Positions 48,832 through 59,430 of a stretch of 64,000 nucleotides of DNA are shown here, piece after piece. The stretch is taken from positions 96,001 through 160,000 of the forward strand of contig JAITVV010000081.1 of NCBI GenBank assembly GCA_031285625.1, in the 5' to 3' direction. Positions within the stretch are counted from its first letter, which is position 1, and each line of letters begins with the position of its first letter. The position numbers and the translations under genes are program-made. The notes beneath the pieces were generated by a model that saw only the letters and a program-made list of their open reading frames with translations, was not told the DNA's origin and searched no databases. Source of the DNA: Prevotella sp. Its GTDB lineage: Bacteria; Bacteroidota; Bacteroidia; Bacteroidales; Dysgonomonadaceae.

Positions 48832-51507
48832 ATGGAAATTGCAAGTAAATATAATCCTGCCGAAGTAGAGGATAAATGGTATAAATACTGGTTAGAGAAT
48901 AAGTTTTTCCATTCCGAACCGGATAGTCGCGAACCTTATACAATCGTTATTCCTCCGCCAAACGTCACTGGTGTGCTCCACATGGGGCATATGCTGAACA
49001 ATACCATACAGGATATACTTGTACGCCGTGCCCGTATGATGGGTAAGAATGCCTGTTGGGTACCTGGGACAGACCATGCCTCTATTGCTACCGAAGCAAA
49101 GGTGGTGGCTAAACTGGCTGCCGAAGGCATCAGTAAAAACGACCTGAGCCGTGAGGCATTTCTCGAACATGCCTGGGAATGGACTCACAAGCATGGCGGC
49201 ATTATTCTCGAGCAATTAAAAAAGCTGGGTGCGTCCTGCGACTGGGACCGTACTTGCTTTACAATGGATGAAAAACGTTCCGAGAGCGTTCTCAAAGTCT
49301 TTGTAGATTTATATAACAAAGGACTTATTTATCGGGGAATCCGTATGGTGAACTGGGATCCGGCAGCTAAGACAGCTGTTTCGGATGAAGAGGTTATCCA
49401 TCAGGAGGTAAATGGTAAATTATATTATTTGAGATATAAGATAGCCCCCCCGACCCCCCAAGGGGGGGATGGGAGCGACTACATTGTTGTTGCTACTACC
49501 CGCCCCGAAACAATCTTCGGAGATATAGCTGTATGTATCAACCCGAACGACCCGAAGACCGCACATATGAAAGGCAAAAAAGTGATTGTTCCTGTTGTCA
49601 ACCGCGTAGTTCCTATTATCGAGGATGAATATGTGGATATGGAATTCGGTACAGGATTTCTGAAAGTAACTCCCGCCCATGATGTAAATGACTATATGCT
49701 GGGAGAAAAATATAATCTTGAAGTTATCGACATCTTTAATGATAATGGTACACTAAACTCGTACGGACTTCAGTACGAAGGTATGGATCGTTTCGATGTA
49801 CGTAAGAAAATAGAAAAAGACCTCGAAGACCTTGGCCTGATGGAAAAAACAGAAGCCTATACCAATAGTGTAGGCTATTCTGAGCGTACCAATGTACCTA
49901 TCGAACCGAAATTGTCCATGCAGTGGTTCCTCAAAATGGAACATCTTGCAAAACCGGCACTCGATGCCGTAGAAAACGATACAATCAAATTTCATCCGGC
50001 AAAATTCAAGAATATGTACCGTCACTGGATGGAAAATATTAAGGATTGGAATATCAGCCGCCAGTTGTGGTGGGGACACCGTATTCCGGCTTATTATATA
50101 GAATCCCCCCTCAGTCCCCCCGACGGGGGAAGTTGGGGCTTTGTTATCGCCGAAAATGAAGAAAAAGCCCGGGAGCTTGCTATTGCCAAGCACCCCTCCT
50201 TAGGAGAGGCAGGGGAAGGTTTCACCTTGCGTCAGGATGAAGACTGCCTCGATACATGGTTTTCTTCATGGCTGTGGCCTATTTCCGTATTTGATGGTAT
50301 TAATCAGCCGGACAATAAGGATATACAGTATTATTATCCTACAAACGACCTTGTAACCGCTCCTGAAATTATCTTCTTCTGGGTGGCGCGTATGATAATG
50401 TCGGGATATGAATACCGTGGAGAGGCTTGTTTCCACAATGTATATTTTACCGGTATTGTACGTGATAAGCAGGGACGTAAGATGTCCAAGTCGCTGGGTA
50501 ACTCACCCGACCCTATCGAACTGATGGAGAAATACGGCGCTGATGGTGTACGTATGGGGATGCTGTTAACTTCACCTGCAGGTAACGACCTGCCGTTTGA
50601 TGAAAGCCTTTGCGAACAGGGGCGTAACTTTAATAACAAGATATGGAATGCGTTCCGCCTGGTAAAAGGGTGGGAGGTGAATGACTCTATCGAGCAGCCT
50701 GAATCATCAAAGATAGCTATTGAATGGTTTGAAAATGTTCTGGCTAAAACCGTTGCTGAATTGGGCGACTTGTTTGGCAAATACCGTCTGTCAGAAGCGC
50801 TGATGTCTCTATATAAGCTGTTCTGGGACGAGTTTTCATCGTGGTATCTTGAGATGGTAAAACCGGCTTATCAACAGCCGATAGATAAGAAAACATACGA
50901 GGCAACACTAGGTTTCTTCGATTCCCTGCTTCGTTTACTTCATCCGTTTATGCCGTTTATTACAGAAGAACTGTGGCAGGCATTGAGCGAACGAAAAGCC
51001 GGAGAAAGTATTATGGTATCTGATATGCCTAAAGAGATAGCTTTTGATGATAAGTTAATTAACACCTTTGAAAAAGTAAAAGAGGTGATTGCAGGTATCC
51101 GTACTGTTCGCCTGCAAAAGAATATTCCAAATAAGGAAGAATTATCATTGGAGGTTATAGGTGAGTATAACACTGATTTCAGCAGTGTGATATCGAAGAT
51201 GGGAAATCTTTCTTCTATCAATATAGTTAGTGAAAAAGATGCTACAGCAGCTTCATTCTTAGTAGGTACAACTGAATATTCCATTCCTCTGGGAAACAAT
51301 ATAGATATAGAAGCTGAACTGAAGAAGCTGAATGATGAACTGAAATATCTCGAAGGTTTCCTAAAATCAGTTTCAGCAAAGTTGAATAATGAAAAATTTG
51401 TGGCGAATGCCAAGCCTGAAATCGTTGAAAACGAGCGTAAAAAGCAGGCGGATGCCGAAAGCAAAATGAGAACAATACAGGAAAGTATTTCTAATCTGAG
51501 TAAATAA
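48832..51507 (+). CDS. valS: valine--tRNA ligase
   Basis: [13 protein letters not shown] (HIGH), [21 protein letters not shown]-terminal coiled coil. Confidence 0.98.
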   Translation: MEIASKYNPAEVEDKWYKYWLENKFFHSEPDSREPYTIVIPPPNVTGVLHMGHMLNNTIQDILVRRARMMGKNACWVPGTDHASIATEAKVVAKLAAEGISKNDLSREAFLEHAWEWTHKHGGIILEQLKKLGASCDWDRTCFTMDEKRSESVLKVFVDLYNKGLIYRGIRMVNWDPAAKTAVSDEEVIHQEVNGKLYYLRYKIAPPTPQGGDGSDYIVVATTRPETIFGDIAVCINPNDPKTAHMKGKKVIVPVVNRVVPIIEDEYVDMEFGTGFLKVTPAHDVNDYMLGEKYNLEVIDIFNDNGTLNSYGLQYEGMDRFDVRKKIEKDLEDLGLMEKTEAYTNSVGYSERTNVPIEPKLSMQWFLKMEHLAKPALDAVENDTIKFHPAKFKNMYRHWMENIKDWNISRQLWWGHRIPAYYIESPLSPPDGGSWGFVIAENEEKARELAIAKHPSLGEAGEGFTLRQDEDCLDTWFSSWLWPISVFDGINQPDNKDIQYYYPTNDLVTAPEIIFFWVARMIMSGYEYRGEACFHNVYFTGIVRDKQGRKMSKSLGNSPDPIELMEKYGADGVRMGMLLTSPAGNDLPFDESLCEQGRNFNNKIWNAFRLVKGWEVNDSIEQPESSKIAIEWFENVLAKTVAELGDLFGKYRLSEALMSLYKLFWDEFSSWYLEMVKPAYQQPIDKKTYEATLGFFDSLLRLLHPFMPFITEELWQALSERKAGESIMVSDMPKEIAFDDKLINTFEKVKEVIAGIRTVRLQKNIPNKEELSLEVIGEYNTDFSSVISKMGNLSSINIVSEKDATAASFLVGTTEYSIPLGNNIDIEAELKKLNDELKYLEGFLKSVSAKLNNEKFVANAKPEIVENERKKQADAESKMRTIQESISNLSK
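49444..49475. repeat. REP-like palindrome inside valS (copy 1)
   Basis: GCCCCCCCGACCCCCCAAGGGGGGGATGGGAG, translated [10 protein letters not shown]. Confidence 0.75.
50104..50220. repeat. inverted pair of REP-like palindromes inside valS (copies 2 and 3)
   Basis: TCCCCCCTCAGTCCCCCCGACGGGGGAAG (SPLSPPDGG) and CCCCTCCTTAGGAGAGGCAGGGGAAGG (PSLGEAGEG). Confidence 0.75.
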
Positions 51508-51525
51508 TAATTACATAAATATGAG

Positions 51526-51555
51526 AAGGAGCTGCCTATATAGAAGCTCCTTTTT
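51526..51555 (+). terminator. intrinsic terminator of valS
   Basis: AAGGAGCT...AGCTCCTTTTT. Confidence 0.75.
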
Positions 51556-51597
51556 AATATCCGGAGAGTTGTAAACAGAACTGTTAAAAATAAAACT

Positions 51598-52332
51598 ATG
51601 ATGATTAAAATCCTTTATCTTATATATCAATGGGCCATATTCGTTCCTTTATTAATTTTAGCTACTATCTGGTGTACACTTACCATTATTATAGGCTCTA
51701 CCTTAGGGAATAATAAATTCTGGGGATATTATCCCGGAGTTATATGGGGCAGGTTTGTATGTATGGCAGCCCTGTTGAGAATTAAAGTTTTCAGGAATAA
51801 GAATCTGGATAAAAACCAGTCATATGTATTTGTGGCCAACCATCAGGGAGCCTTTGATATATTTCTTATCTATGGATATCTCAGCCATAACTTCAAATGG
51901 CTGATGAAGCAAAGCCTGAAAAAAATGCCGTTGGTCGGTTTTGCATCAGCTAAAGCAGGACATGTATTTGTAGACTCCACCACACGGAAGGGAATTGTTG
52001 ATACCATGCGGAATACTAAGAATACGTTGAAAGACGGAATGTCTACTGTTGTTTTTCCGGAGGGTCACCGTTCACCGGATGGCAAGATGGCAGAGTTTAA
52101 AAAAGGTGCGTTCCAGACAGCAGTCAGCCTGAAACTTCCAATCGTTCCCCTGACTATTGATGGGGCTTATAAAGTGTTACCTATACATTCGTGGAAAATG
52201 AATCCGGCAAAGATAAAACTAACATTCCATGACCCTATAGAGACTGCTAACCTGAAAGGGGATGATATTAATGGTCTGATTGACAAAGTATATTCTATTA
52301 TTGAATCTGCCTTGCCGGAAGAGAATAAATAG
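51598..52332 (+). CDS. 1-acyl-sn-glycerol-3-phosphate acyltransferase (PlsC family)
   Basis: NHQGAFD (HxxxxD), FPEGHRS, FKKGAF. Confidence 0.92.
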   Translation: MMIKILYLIYQWAIFVPLLILATIWCTLTIIIGSTLGNNKFWGYYPGVIWGRFVCMAALLRIKVFRNKNLDKNQSYVFVANHQGAFDIFLIYGYLSHNFKWLMKQSLKKMPLVGFASAKAGHVFVDSTTRKGIVDTMRNTKNTLKDGMSTVVFPEGHRSPDGKMAEFKKGAFQTAVSLKLPIVPLTIDGAYKVLPIHSWKMNPAKIKLTFHDPIETANLKGDDINGLIDKVYSIIESALPEENK

Positions 52333-52341
52333 TCTTATATC

Positions 52342-52488
52342 TTATTCATTAGTATTTATTTCATCATCAAATGAGAAATCGTCAGAGCATAATTCTTCGA
52401 TTGCAATTGCAAATCTGACATTTACATTATCTTTTTCTTCAGGTAATTTTTCTTTCATGATTTCCTCTTCTTTCCTATAGTCTTTCAT
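52342..52488 (-). CDS. putative small acidic protein (48 aa)
   Basis: Manual translation MKDYRKEEEIMKEKLPEEKDNVNVRFAIAIEELCSDDFSFDDEINTNE; fills the intergenic gap and is below the ORF-track cutoff. Confidence 0.45.
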   Translation of the reverse strand: MKDYRKEEEIMKEKLPEEKDNVNVRFAIAIEELCSDDFSFDDEINTNE

Positions 52489-52650
52489 ATCTAAAGCTAT
52501 ACTTTTAGTGTATTTACTACATTAGACGATTTAAACATAAAAATATTTCAATAATTTTCTGATTTCTGATTTTTTATATTTTATGTTAAAATTCCTTTGT
52601 AGAATACAGCAATATATTTGCTAATTTTGTATCATTAATTAGAGCATATC

Positions 52651-53541
52651 ATGCTGAATAAGATAAAATCCTATATGATGCCTATAGCTATGCTTACAGG
52701 GATCATATTGCATAAATATATGGGGGAAATAGCATTTCTTACTCCATATCTTATAGCAATAATGTTGCTCATTACCTATTGTAATATCTCATTTAAGGAT
52801 ATTCATTTCTCCCGTTTACATTTATGGCTAATTTGTATTCAGATATTCGGGAGTATCGCTGTATTTTTATTATTGAGCCCTTTAAACCCTGTTATTGCAC
52901 AAGGGGCAATGATTTGTATTCTTGCTCCTATAGCTACATCTGCACCTGTTATTACGGGGATGCTGGGGGGCAATGTGGCCAGCCTTACGGCGTATAGTTT
53001 GTTGTGCAATATGGTAATTGTTATTGTAGCTCCTATTATATTTGCTTTTACCGGTGAGATTGAGTCGGCCTCATTCACCCATTCTTTCTGGATAGTATTT
53101 CAAAAAGTATTTATTCTTTTGTTTTTGCCGTTTTTTGGTGCACTATTATTGCAGAGGTTATTGCCACGGGTTCATAATGAAATACAGAAAGCAAAGAGCT
53201 TGCCTTTCTATTTATGGTCGATAGCACTGGTTATTATTACCGGGAAGACTGTCCAGTTTATAATCGATCAAGAAAATCCTAACTATATAGTTGAATTATC
53301 GGTTGCTCTTGTTGCCCTGATAATTTGTATTGTTCAATTTTTAGTTGGGCGTCGCTTAGGGCGCATATATGGAGAAACAGTTGCTGGTGGGCAGGGGTTG
53401 GGCCAAAAAAATACTATTCTGGCTATCTGGATGGCGCAGACATATTTAAATCCCATAGCTTCTATAGGACCGGGTGCATATGTATTATGGCAAAATGTTG
53501 TAAACTCTTATCAGGTGTGGAGAAAAAGGAAAAATATTTAG
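52651..53541 (+). CDS. bile acid:sodium symporter family transporter
   Basis: APIATSAPVITGMLGG and GQGLGQKNT motifs; about 9 TM. Confidence 0.85.
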   Translation: MLNKIKSYMMPIAMLTGIILHKYMGEIAFLTPYLIAIMLLITYCNISFKDIHFSRLHLWLICIQIFGSIAVFLLLSPLNPVIAQGAMICILAPIATSAPVITGMLGGNVASLTAYSLLCNMVIVIVAPIIFAFTGEIESASFTHSFWIVFQKVFILLFLPFFGALLLQRLLPRVHNEIQKAKSLPFYLWSIALVIITGKTVQFIIDQENPNYIVELSVALVALIICIVQFLVGRRLGRIYGETVAGGQGLGQKNTILAIWMAQTYLNPIASIGPGAYVLWQNVVNSYQVWRKRKNI

Positions 53542-53545
53542 AATC

Positions 53546-54670
53546 TTAGTTCGTACCATTTAATGCTCCCGCAGGAATGAGCACCATATTTTTTAGATAT
53601 TCAAATTCCAGTTCAAAACATTCACTGAAGATTTCATCCGCAAAACCATCTTCTATTTGTTTAATGGACCAAAACTTCCCATTCATTTTTTCCGTTCTTT
53701 TTATGCTGTCTTCATCTTCTATATAAGCCGAAAATAGAAAATTTAGCCGTTTTGTATCTTCATTCTCAAATGTGTATTTTAATATAAACTTGAGAGAGAA
53801 ATCCTGATCATCACCGATCATCCTTCTGATGCTATTACGTGCTGCAAGATTAATTTCATGATTGAAAAGCATATACTTCTCAAATGGATAATCTAATTTT
53901 TTAGGGTTTAAAATATCATTTAGTGGTCTTTCTTGCAGATAAACTTTAGATCCTGAAATTAATGCGACCCTTACTATGGGATGCATAAATTTATTCTTCA
54001 TGTTCAAGGATACACTTTTAGCAATTTTTCCGGTAACTTCTCCTTTTTCTGTTACAATCGGTAGCCATTCTTCTCTTCGTAACTTTGAAACGAGACTGCC
54101 TACTTTCATCAATTGATAAATACCTATGGAAATAAGCAGGACGGTCGGGATAACTGCGAACACAATTATATCGAACGAATATAAAATAGGATCACTAAAT
54201 GTAAATTGACGATATAATAAGATTGAAAATATATGTAGAGTCAATCCATACTGGATGAGTACAGCAGAGGTATAAAACTCATTCATCAAAGCCTTTTGTA
54301 AAAGATTCTTTTGGCGGAAAAACCGCGCGGCTATGTATGTTTTACTTGCCCGAAGTAACATGAAAAGGCATACCATCGAGATTTCACATATAACAATATA
54401 GGTATTGGGCTTCCATACATAGTTATGTGTGAATATCCATGCTAATAATGTTATAATAAGGGCAATGCCTGAAATATAAAATGTGATGCTGAATCCCCGG
54501 CTTTTGTAATATAGCCTGAAAGAAAGTTCTCCGGCGATAGCTGTACCCATAGCTATGAGAATGGCATATTCTTCCTTTACATTCGCTATATGAAGGATGA
54601 TATATAGAATGAACGGTAATAATCCGATTACCGGATTAGAAATGTATTTTCTTAGACCTTTGCTTAGCAT
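53546..54670 (-). CDS. membrane protein with C-terminal degenerate Nudix/IDI-like domain
   Basis: About 6 TM then EEWLPIVTEKGEVTGK...HPIVRV...YLQER...KLD; no Nudix-box glutamates. Confidence 0.7.
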   Translation of the reverse strand: MLSKGLRKYISNPVIGLLPFILYIILHIANVKEEYAILIAMGTAIAGELSFRLYYKSRGFSITFYISGIALIITLLAWIFTHNYVWKPNTYIVICEISMVCLFMLLRASKTYIAARFFRQKNLLQKALMNEFYTSAVLIQYGLTLHIFSILLYRQFTFSDPILYSFDIIVFAVIPTVLLISIGIYQLMKVGSLVSKLRREEWLPIVTEKGEVTGKIAKSVSLNMKNKFMHPIVRVALISGSKVYLQERPLNDILNPKKLDYPFEKYMLFNHEINLAARNSIRRMIGDDQDFSLKFILKYTFENEDTKRLNFLFSAYIEDEDSIKRTEKMNGKFWSIKQIEDGFADEIFSECFELEFEYLKNMVLIPAGALNGTN

Positions 54671-54852
54671 TCCAAATTAAAATAAAAAGAGTGAGTCAAG
54701 TGAAGTATACTGTATTTAAAGAAATGCAGTTTCATTATTGTTGTAGCTTTATTGTAAAATTATATTTATCATCAATCACTTTGCTCTTCTCAAAGTTAAA
54801 ACAAATAAATAATAAATTTGTTCTGTAAAATAGGAGTATTCATACTAAAATA

Positions 54853-55332
54853 TCATTTTTTATGTTCTTTGAATGTGAAAAACTTATTAATTAAAAACTG
54901 AATTGCAGCTACTATACATATCGCAAATGCTTTTGCTAACATATCATCCATTTTCATTATACCAATAAATAATGTGAGCAACATTGAGCTTATTACCATC
55001 CCGAATATGGCAATGCCGGCAAATGAAGCAAAGCGTTTTAGCTTATTATCCGTAACTTTAAATGTAAAGTAACTATTCAGAATAAAGTTATTTATAACGG
55101 CTAATGTGGAACTGATTATATTGGAAATCAGGATATCCAGCATACCTACAGACATCTTTCCATCTAGTAGATTGCTTAGATGTGAGGAAAATGGGTAATG
55201 TACCGAATATTTGTTAACAAGTAAATAGTAAACCCCCATATCTATAACGAGGCCCACTACACCTACCATTCCATATTTTACCAGCTGTTTGATCCCATCA
55301 CTTTTAATCAGATCATTAATTTTCTGTTTCAT
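54853..55332 (-). CDS. GtrA family flippase-like protein
   Basis: KYGMVG, NNFILNSYFTF, QFLINKFFTF. Confidence 0.9.
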   Translation of the reverse strand: MKQKINDLIKSDGIKQLVKYGMVGVVGLVIDMGVYYLLVNKYSVHYPFSSHLSNLLDGKMSVGMLDILISNIISSTLAVINNFILNSYFTFKVTDNKLKRFASFAGIAIFGMVISSMLLTLFIGIMKMDDMLAKAFAICIVAAIQFLINKFFTFKEHKK

Positions 55333-55363
55333 GTATGTTCTTTAAGTTTGCTTGTGTCAAGGA

Positions 55364-57133
55364 TCAATCTTTTCGTTTTATTTTGTAGAAAAGCATTTCA
55401 TTTTTGTATTCATTAAGTTTATCACTGGATTCCAATAGTGTAAACTCGTACTTATCTCCATATTTTTCCAGAACTCTGTCAGTATTACTCTTTAATGTCA
55501 CAAAGAATCCCTGGTCAGGGAGCTCCTTGTCTATATTTTTTAAATTATTACGCAGATAAAAGTTTAAACCATAGAGATTCACATATCTTTTCAGATCATT
55601 TGTAACATATGTATTCCCTTTCAGATCATACTTTTGCATTAATACCTTTGCAAAAGGCTGTGCTGAATATGCATTTTTAAAATTGGAGAGAAGGTAAGAA
55701 TCCATAAATATATTTATAGCAAGCATCAGGCCGAAACCTACCATCAATATTTTCAGATTCATTTTTTTACGTAATAGATATATACTATTTATGATGGCGC
55801 AAAGCAATATTGTGATGCCAAATAACCCCAGTACTCCCGGATTTTTGAACATATCTGAGAATATCTTGATATCTAATAGTGTTTTTTCACGCTTTACAAA
55901 TCTTCCTGCTATATTTTCCACATCAATAACACCAGTATAGGCTAATCCTACAATAACTAATGCAATAATACTTATAACTAATAATATAGTAGTGGAAACG
56001 CGAACAGCTACCGGCTTAGTATCTGTCAGATAGATAAAGAAACGAGCAATGAAGATAGCAACAAAAGGGTATACAAGCATTATATACACACTTCGTTTTG
56101 ATACAGGGATGGAATAAAAAACAAGTGATATAACTATAATAATGAGACTGAATAACAATGCCTTATCCATACTCATTATCTTATTGTATGCATCTAATAA
56201 GATCTGCTTTATCGAACCATTCGGTTTTTTATATTTCAGGAAAAATAGGGAGATAACTAATAAGATAGTCCAAGGGAGAAATCCGGAAATGAGATATACA
56301 AAATATACCCAAAAAGGCCTTTCATGTCCCAGTTCATACCCTGCATCCATATCATTGGCTTGCATATGCAGGAAGCGGCCGAAGTTTTCATAAAATACTC
56401 TGTCGAAGAACGCTTCACCTTTTATTTCATACGCTGCATAATACCAGGCCAGAGGGATGATAAATGCAGGAAGACCTATAATAATACACTTTAAAGCAGC
56501 TTTAAAGAAATTTTCCTTTTGGGCTAGCAGGTACACACCAAATATCATACAGGGTAATAACACACCTACCGGACCTTTTGTAAGAGTGGCCATACTTAAC
56601 AGGAACCAGGCACAGATAAGCTGTCCCAGCCGCTTTTTCTCATACCACGTATACATTTGTATGAGTCCTGTAACCAGAAAGAATGTGAGTACCATATCTA
56701 CACGGGTAGTCATTGCCGCCCGGTGTATTTCAAAGCAGGTGATAAGTATAAGGCAGGAGATAAATGCTTCCAATACAGGTCTGCGGCGTGCAAAAAACAT
56801 AAAGCAAATGCCTATCATCGCTATAAATGCTATTGTAGAAGGGAGTCGCGATGTAAACGGGGTAACCTCTCCCTTGGTAAGGGCAAGAGAAAAACCGGCA
56901 ATAAGCCAGTGGTTCAATGGAGGTTTGTATGCAAACTCATCAGCATAATTGGAAGGTATGATCCACTCGCCTTTTTCAATCATCGATACAGCCAATGCAG
57001 CCTCACGAGGCTCTCCTTTTGTATAAAAGTCTCCTAAACCTATCCAGGGTAGGGTAGATAATGTAGCAATAAGTAGAATTAGAAGAAGTGGTTTTTGCAA
57101 ATAAAGCGTTTGCAGAAAATGTGATTTCTTCAT
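55364..57133 (-). CDS. ArnT/GT83-like (PMT family, GT-C) glycosyltransferase
   Basis: GEPREA, KPPLNHW, SRLPS, RVDM, LTKGPVG, SKRSVY. Confidence 0.9.
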   Translation of the reverse strand: MKKSHFLQTLYLQKPLLLILLIATLSTLPWIGLGDFYTKGEPREAALAVSMIEKGEWIIPSNYADEFAYKPPLNHWLIAGFSLALTKGEVTPFTSRLPSTIAFIAMIGICFMFFARRRPVLEAFISCLILITCFEIHRAAMTTRVDMVLTFFLVTGLIQMYTWYEKKRLGQLICAWFLLSMATLTKGPVGVLLPCMIFGVYLLAQKENFFKAALKCIIIGLPAFIIPLAWYYAAYEIKGEAFFDRVFYENFGRFLHMQANDMDAGYELGHERPFWVYFVYLISGFLPWTILLVISLFFLKYKKPNGSIKQILLDAYNKIMSMDKALLFSLIIIVISLVFYSIPVSKRSVYIMLVYPFVAIFIARFFIYLTDTKPVAVRVSTTILLVISIIALVIVGLAYTGVIDVENIAGRFVKREKTLLDIKIFSDMFKNPGVLGLFGITILLCAIINSIYLLRKKMNLKILMVGFGLMLAINIFMDSYLLSNFKNAYSAQPFAKVLMQKYDLKGNTYVTNDLKRYVNLYGLNFYLRNNLKNIDKELPDQGFFVTLKSNTDRVLEKYGDKYEFTLLESSDKLNEYKNEMLFYKIKRKD

Positions 57134-57231
57134 ATGTATCTTTGATTGAACATTTTTGCAAAGATAAGTTTTTATTTTTTATATCATCGTATGTATAAAG
57201 GCTTTTCAGATACTCTTTATAGCATATTGAT

Positions 57232-57264
57232 AAAGAAAGGACGAAGTTTTGCTCCGCCCTTTCT
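57232..57264 (-). terminator. intrinsic terminator of the OPT gene
   Basis: AGAAAGGACG...CGCCCTTTCT imperfect stem. Confidence 0.55.
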
Positions 57265-57281
57265 ATTTATCTGAATTTTGT

Positions 57282-59309
57282 TTATTTTAATCCGTCTTTC
57301 TTTACATTCAAAGAAGAATATGCCAGATAGAGAATAATAGCTCCATACATTACCAATGCCAGCCATTGTGCCCAATCTGTTTTTTCCCATTCTTCACTGA
57401 CAAAGTTGAGTCCTGCAAAACGCATTGTTGCACTCACAACTCCCATCAAGGCCCCACCGGCTATAAAACCCGAAGCTAATAAAGTACCTTTATCCAGACG
57501 GGCAGTATTCAAAGCTTTATCTTTGCTACGGCTTCCTACATACCAGTTCACTGCGCCACCAATCAATAGTGGCACATTCAACTGTAACGGAATAAACATT
57601 CCTAAGGCAAATGCAAGTGCCGGAACCTTACAGAATGTAAGCAGTAAAGCGATTAGAGCGCCTATACCATACAATATCCATGGTGCGCCTGTACCCGACA
57701 TCAGCGGATCTATAACAGCAGCCATAGCATTGGCCTGAGGTGCCACCAAGGCATTTTCTCCGGTAAAGCCATAAGTATCGTTCAGGATAATCATTACACC
57801 TCCTACGGTTGCTGCAGATACCAATGTTCCCAGGAATTTCCATGATTGTTGTTTTGCTGGAGTAGTACCCAGCCAGTAACCGATCTTAAGGTCGGTAATA
57901 AACCCACCGGCCATAGACAGTGCAGTACATACAACACCTCCCATGATCAGTGCAGCCACCATTCCCGATGTTCCTTTCAGCCCGACTGCCACCATAATTA
58001 CCGAAGCAAGGATCAATGTCATCAGTGTCATTCCCGAAACAGGGTTCGTACCTACAATAGCAATTGCGTTAGCGGCCACAGTAGTAAACAGGAAGGCTAT
58101 AATAGCTACTACCAGAATAGCGATAACTGCATAGAACAGATTGTGCATTACTCCCAGATAAAAGAATATAAATGTTACTATCAGCGCAACAATTACCCCT
58201 ATCGAGATTATCTTCATTGGAAGGTCGCGTTGAGTACGTTTGTCAATCTGAGTCCCTTCCTTATTTCCACCTTTGATTTCTTTTGAAGCTAAGCCTATTG
58301 CACTTTTGATGATCGGCCATGATTTTACAATACCTATTATCCCTGCCATTGCAATACCTCCGATACCTATGTGGCGTGCCATTGAAGAGAAAATAACTTC
58401 AGGACTGGCTGATGCTATTCCGTTTACCAGATCTCCCCCTTCGAGATAAGGAGCAGCATTTAATGTTTGCAGTAATGTGTCACCCAGCAACGGGAGAACG
58501 GGAACAATCACAAACCAAACCAAGGCAGAACCTGCACAGATAATAGCAGCATATTTCAATCCGACTATATATCCCAGTCCCAGAACAGCTGCACCAACAT
58601 TGACGCTGAATAGGACTTTAGCCTTGCTCGCCAATGTTTCTCCATAAGGCAATACCCGTGATGTGAATGTTTCGGACCATGCTCCGAATGTAGCTATAAC
58701 AAAATCATAGAGTCCACCGATCAAACCTGCTATAATGAGAGGCTTCGCCTGATCCCCGCCTTTTTCGCCCGATACTAATACCTGAGTAGTAGCTGTTGCT
58801 TCCGGAAAAGGATATTTCCCATGCATATCGGATACAAAATATTTACGGAAAGGAATAAGAAACAGAATACCCAATATACCTCCTAATAATGAACTAAGGA
58901 ATACCTGAAAGAAATCAACTGAGATATCAGGGTATTTTGCTTGTAAGATATATAAAGCAGGTAATGTAAAAATAGCTCCTGCAACAATCACACCACTACT
59001 TGCCCCAATGGACTGAATGATAACATTTTCACCCAATGCATTCTTACGTTTAGTAGCACTGGAAAGTCCCACAGCAATAATAGCAATAGGAATCGCAGCT
59101 TCAAATACCTGACCTACTTTCAGTCCCAGATAAGCAGCGGCAGCACTAAAAAGTACAGCCATAACCAAGCCCCATAATACAGACCAGGGGGTTACTTCCT
59201 TATACAGCTTATTTGAAGACATAATAGGTTTATACTCTTCACCTTGTTTCAGTTCTCGAAAAGCGTTTTCGGGTAATCCGCTTATCTTTTCCTCGTTTTC
59301 TGTTTTCAC
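57282..59309 (-). CDS. oligopeptide transporter, OPT family
   Basis: YLGLKVG, ENVIIQ, FPEATA, NPVSGM, DLKIGYWLG, APQANAM; GTG start. Confidence 0.93.
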   Translation of the reverse strand: MKTENEEKISGLPENAFRELKQGEEYKPIMSSNKLYKEVTPWSVLWGLVMAVLFSAAAAYLGLKVGQVFEAAIPIAIIAVGLSSATKRKNALGENVIIQSIGASSGVIVAGAIFTLPALYILQAKYPDISVDFFQVFLSSLLGGILGILFLIPFRKYFVSDMHGKYPFPEATATTQVLVSGEKGGDQAKPLIIAGLIGGLYDFVIATFGAWSETFTSRVLPYGETLASKAKVLFSVNVGAAVLGLGYIVGLKYAAIICAGSALVWFVIVPVLPLLGDTLLQTLNAAPYLEGGDLVNGIASASPEVIFSSMARHIGIGGIAMAGIIGIVKSWPIIKSAIGLASKEIKGGNKEGTQIDKRTQRDLPMKIISIGVIVALIVTFIFFYLGVMHNLFYAVIAILVVAIIAFLFTTVAANAIAIVGTNPVSGMTLMTLILASVIMVAVGLKGTSGMVAALIMGGVVCTALSMAGGFITDLKIGYWLGTTPAKQQSWKFLGTLVSAATVGGVMIILNDTYGFTGENALVAPQANAMAAVIDPLMSGTGAPWILYGIGALIALLLTFCKVPALAFALGMFIPLQLNVPLLIGGAVNWYVGSRSKDKALNTARLDKGTLLASGFIAGGALMGVVSATMRFAGLNFVSEEWEKTDWAQWLALVMYGAIILYLAYSSLNVKKDGLK

Positions 59310-59430
59310 GGTTAACTATTTTTATTGATTATAAATATCTTCTGAGAATTTAATAGATACAAAACTACATTATTTTTTACAGTTATGAAAATACAACAGC
59401 CCCTTCTTACCTGGTAAGTAATGGTATCTG

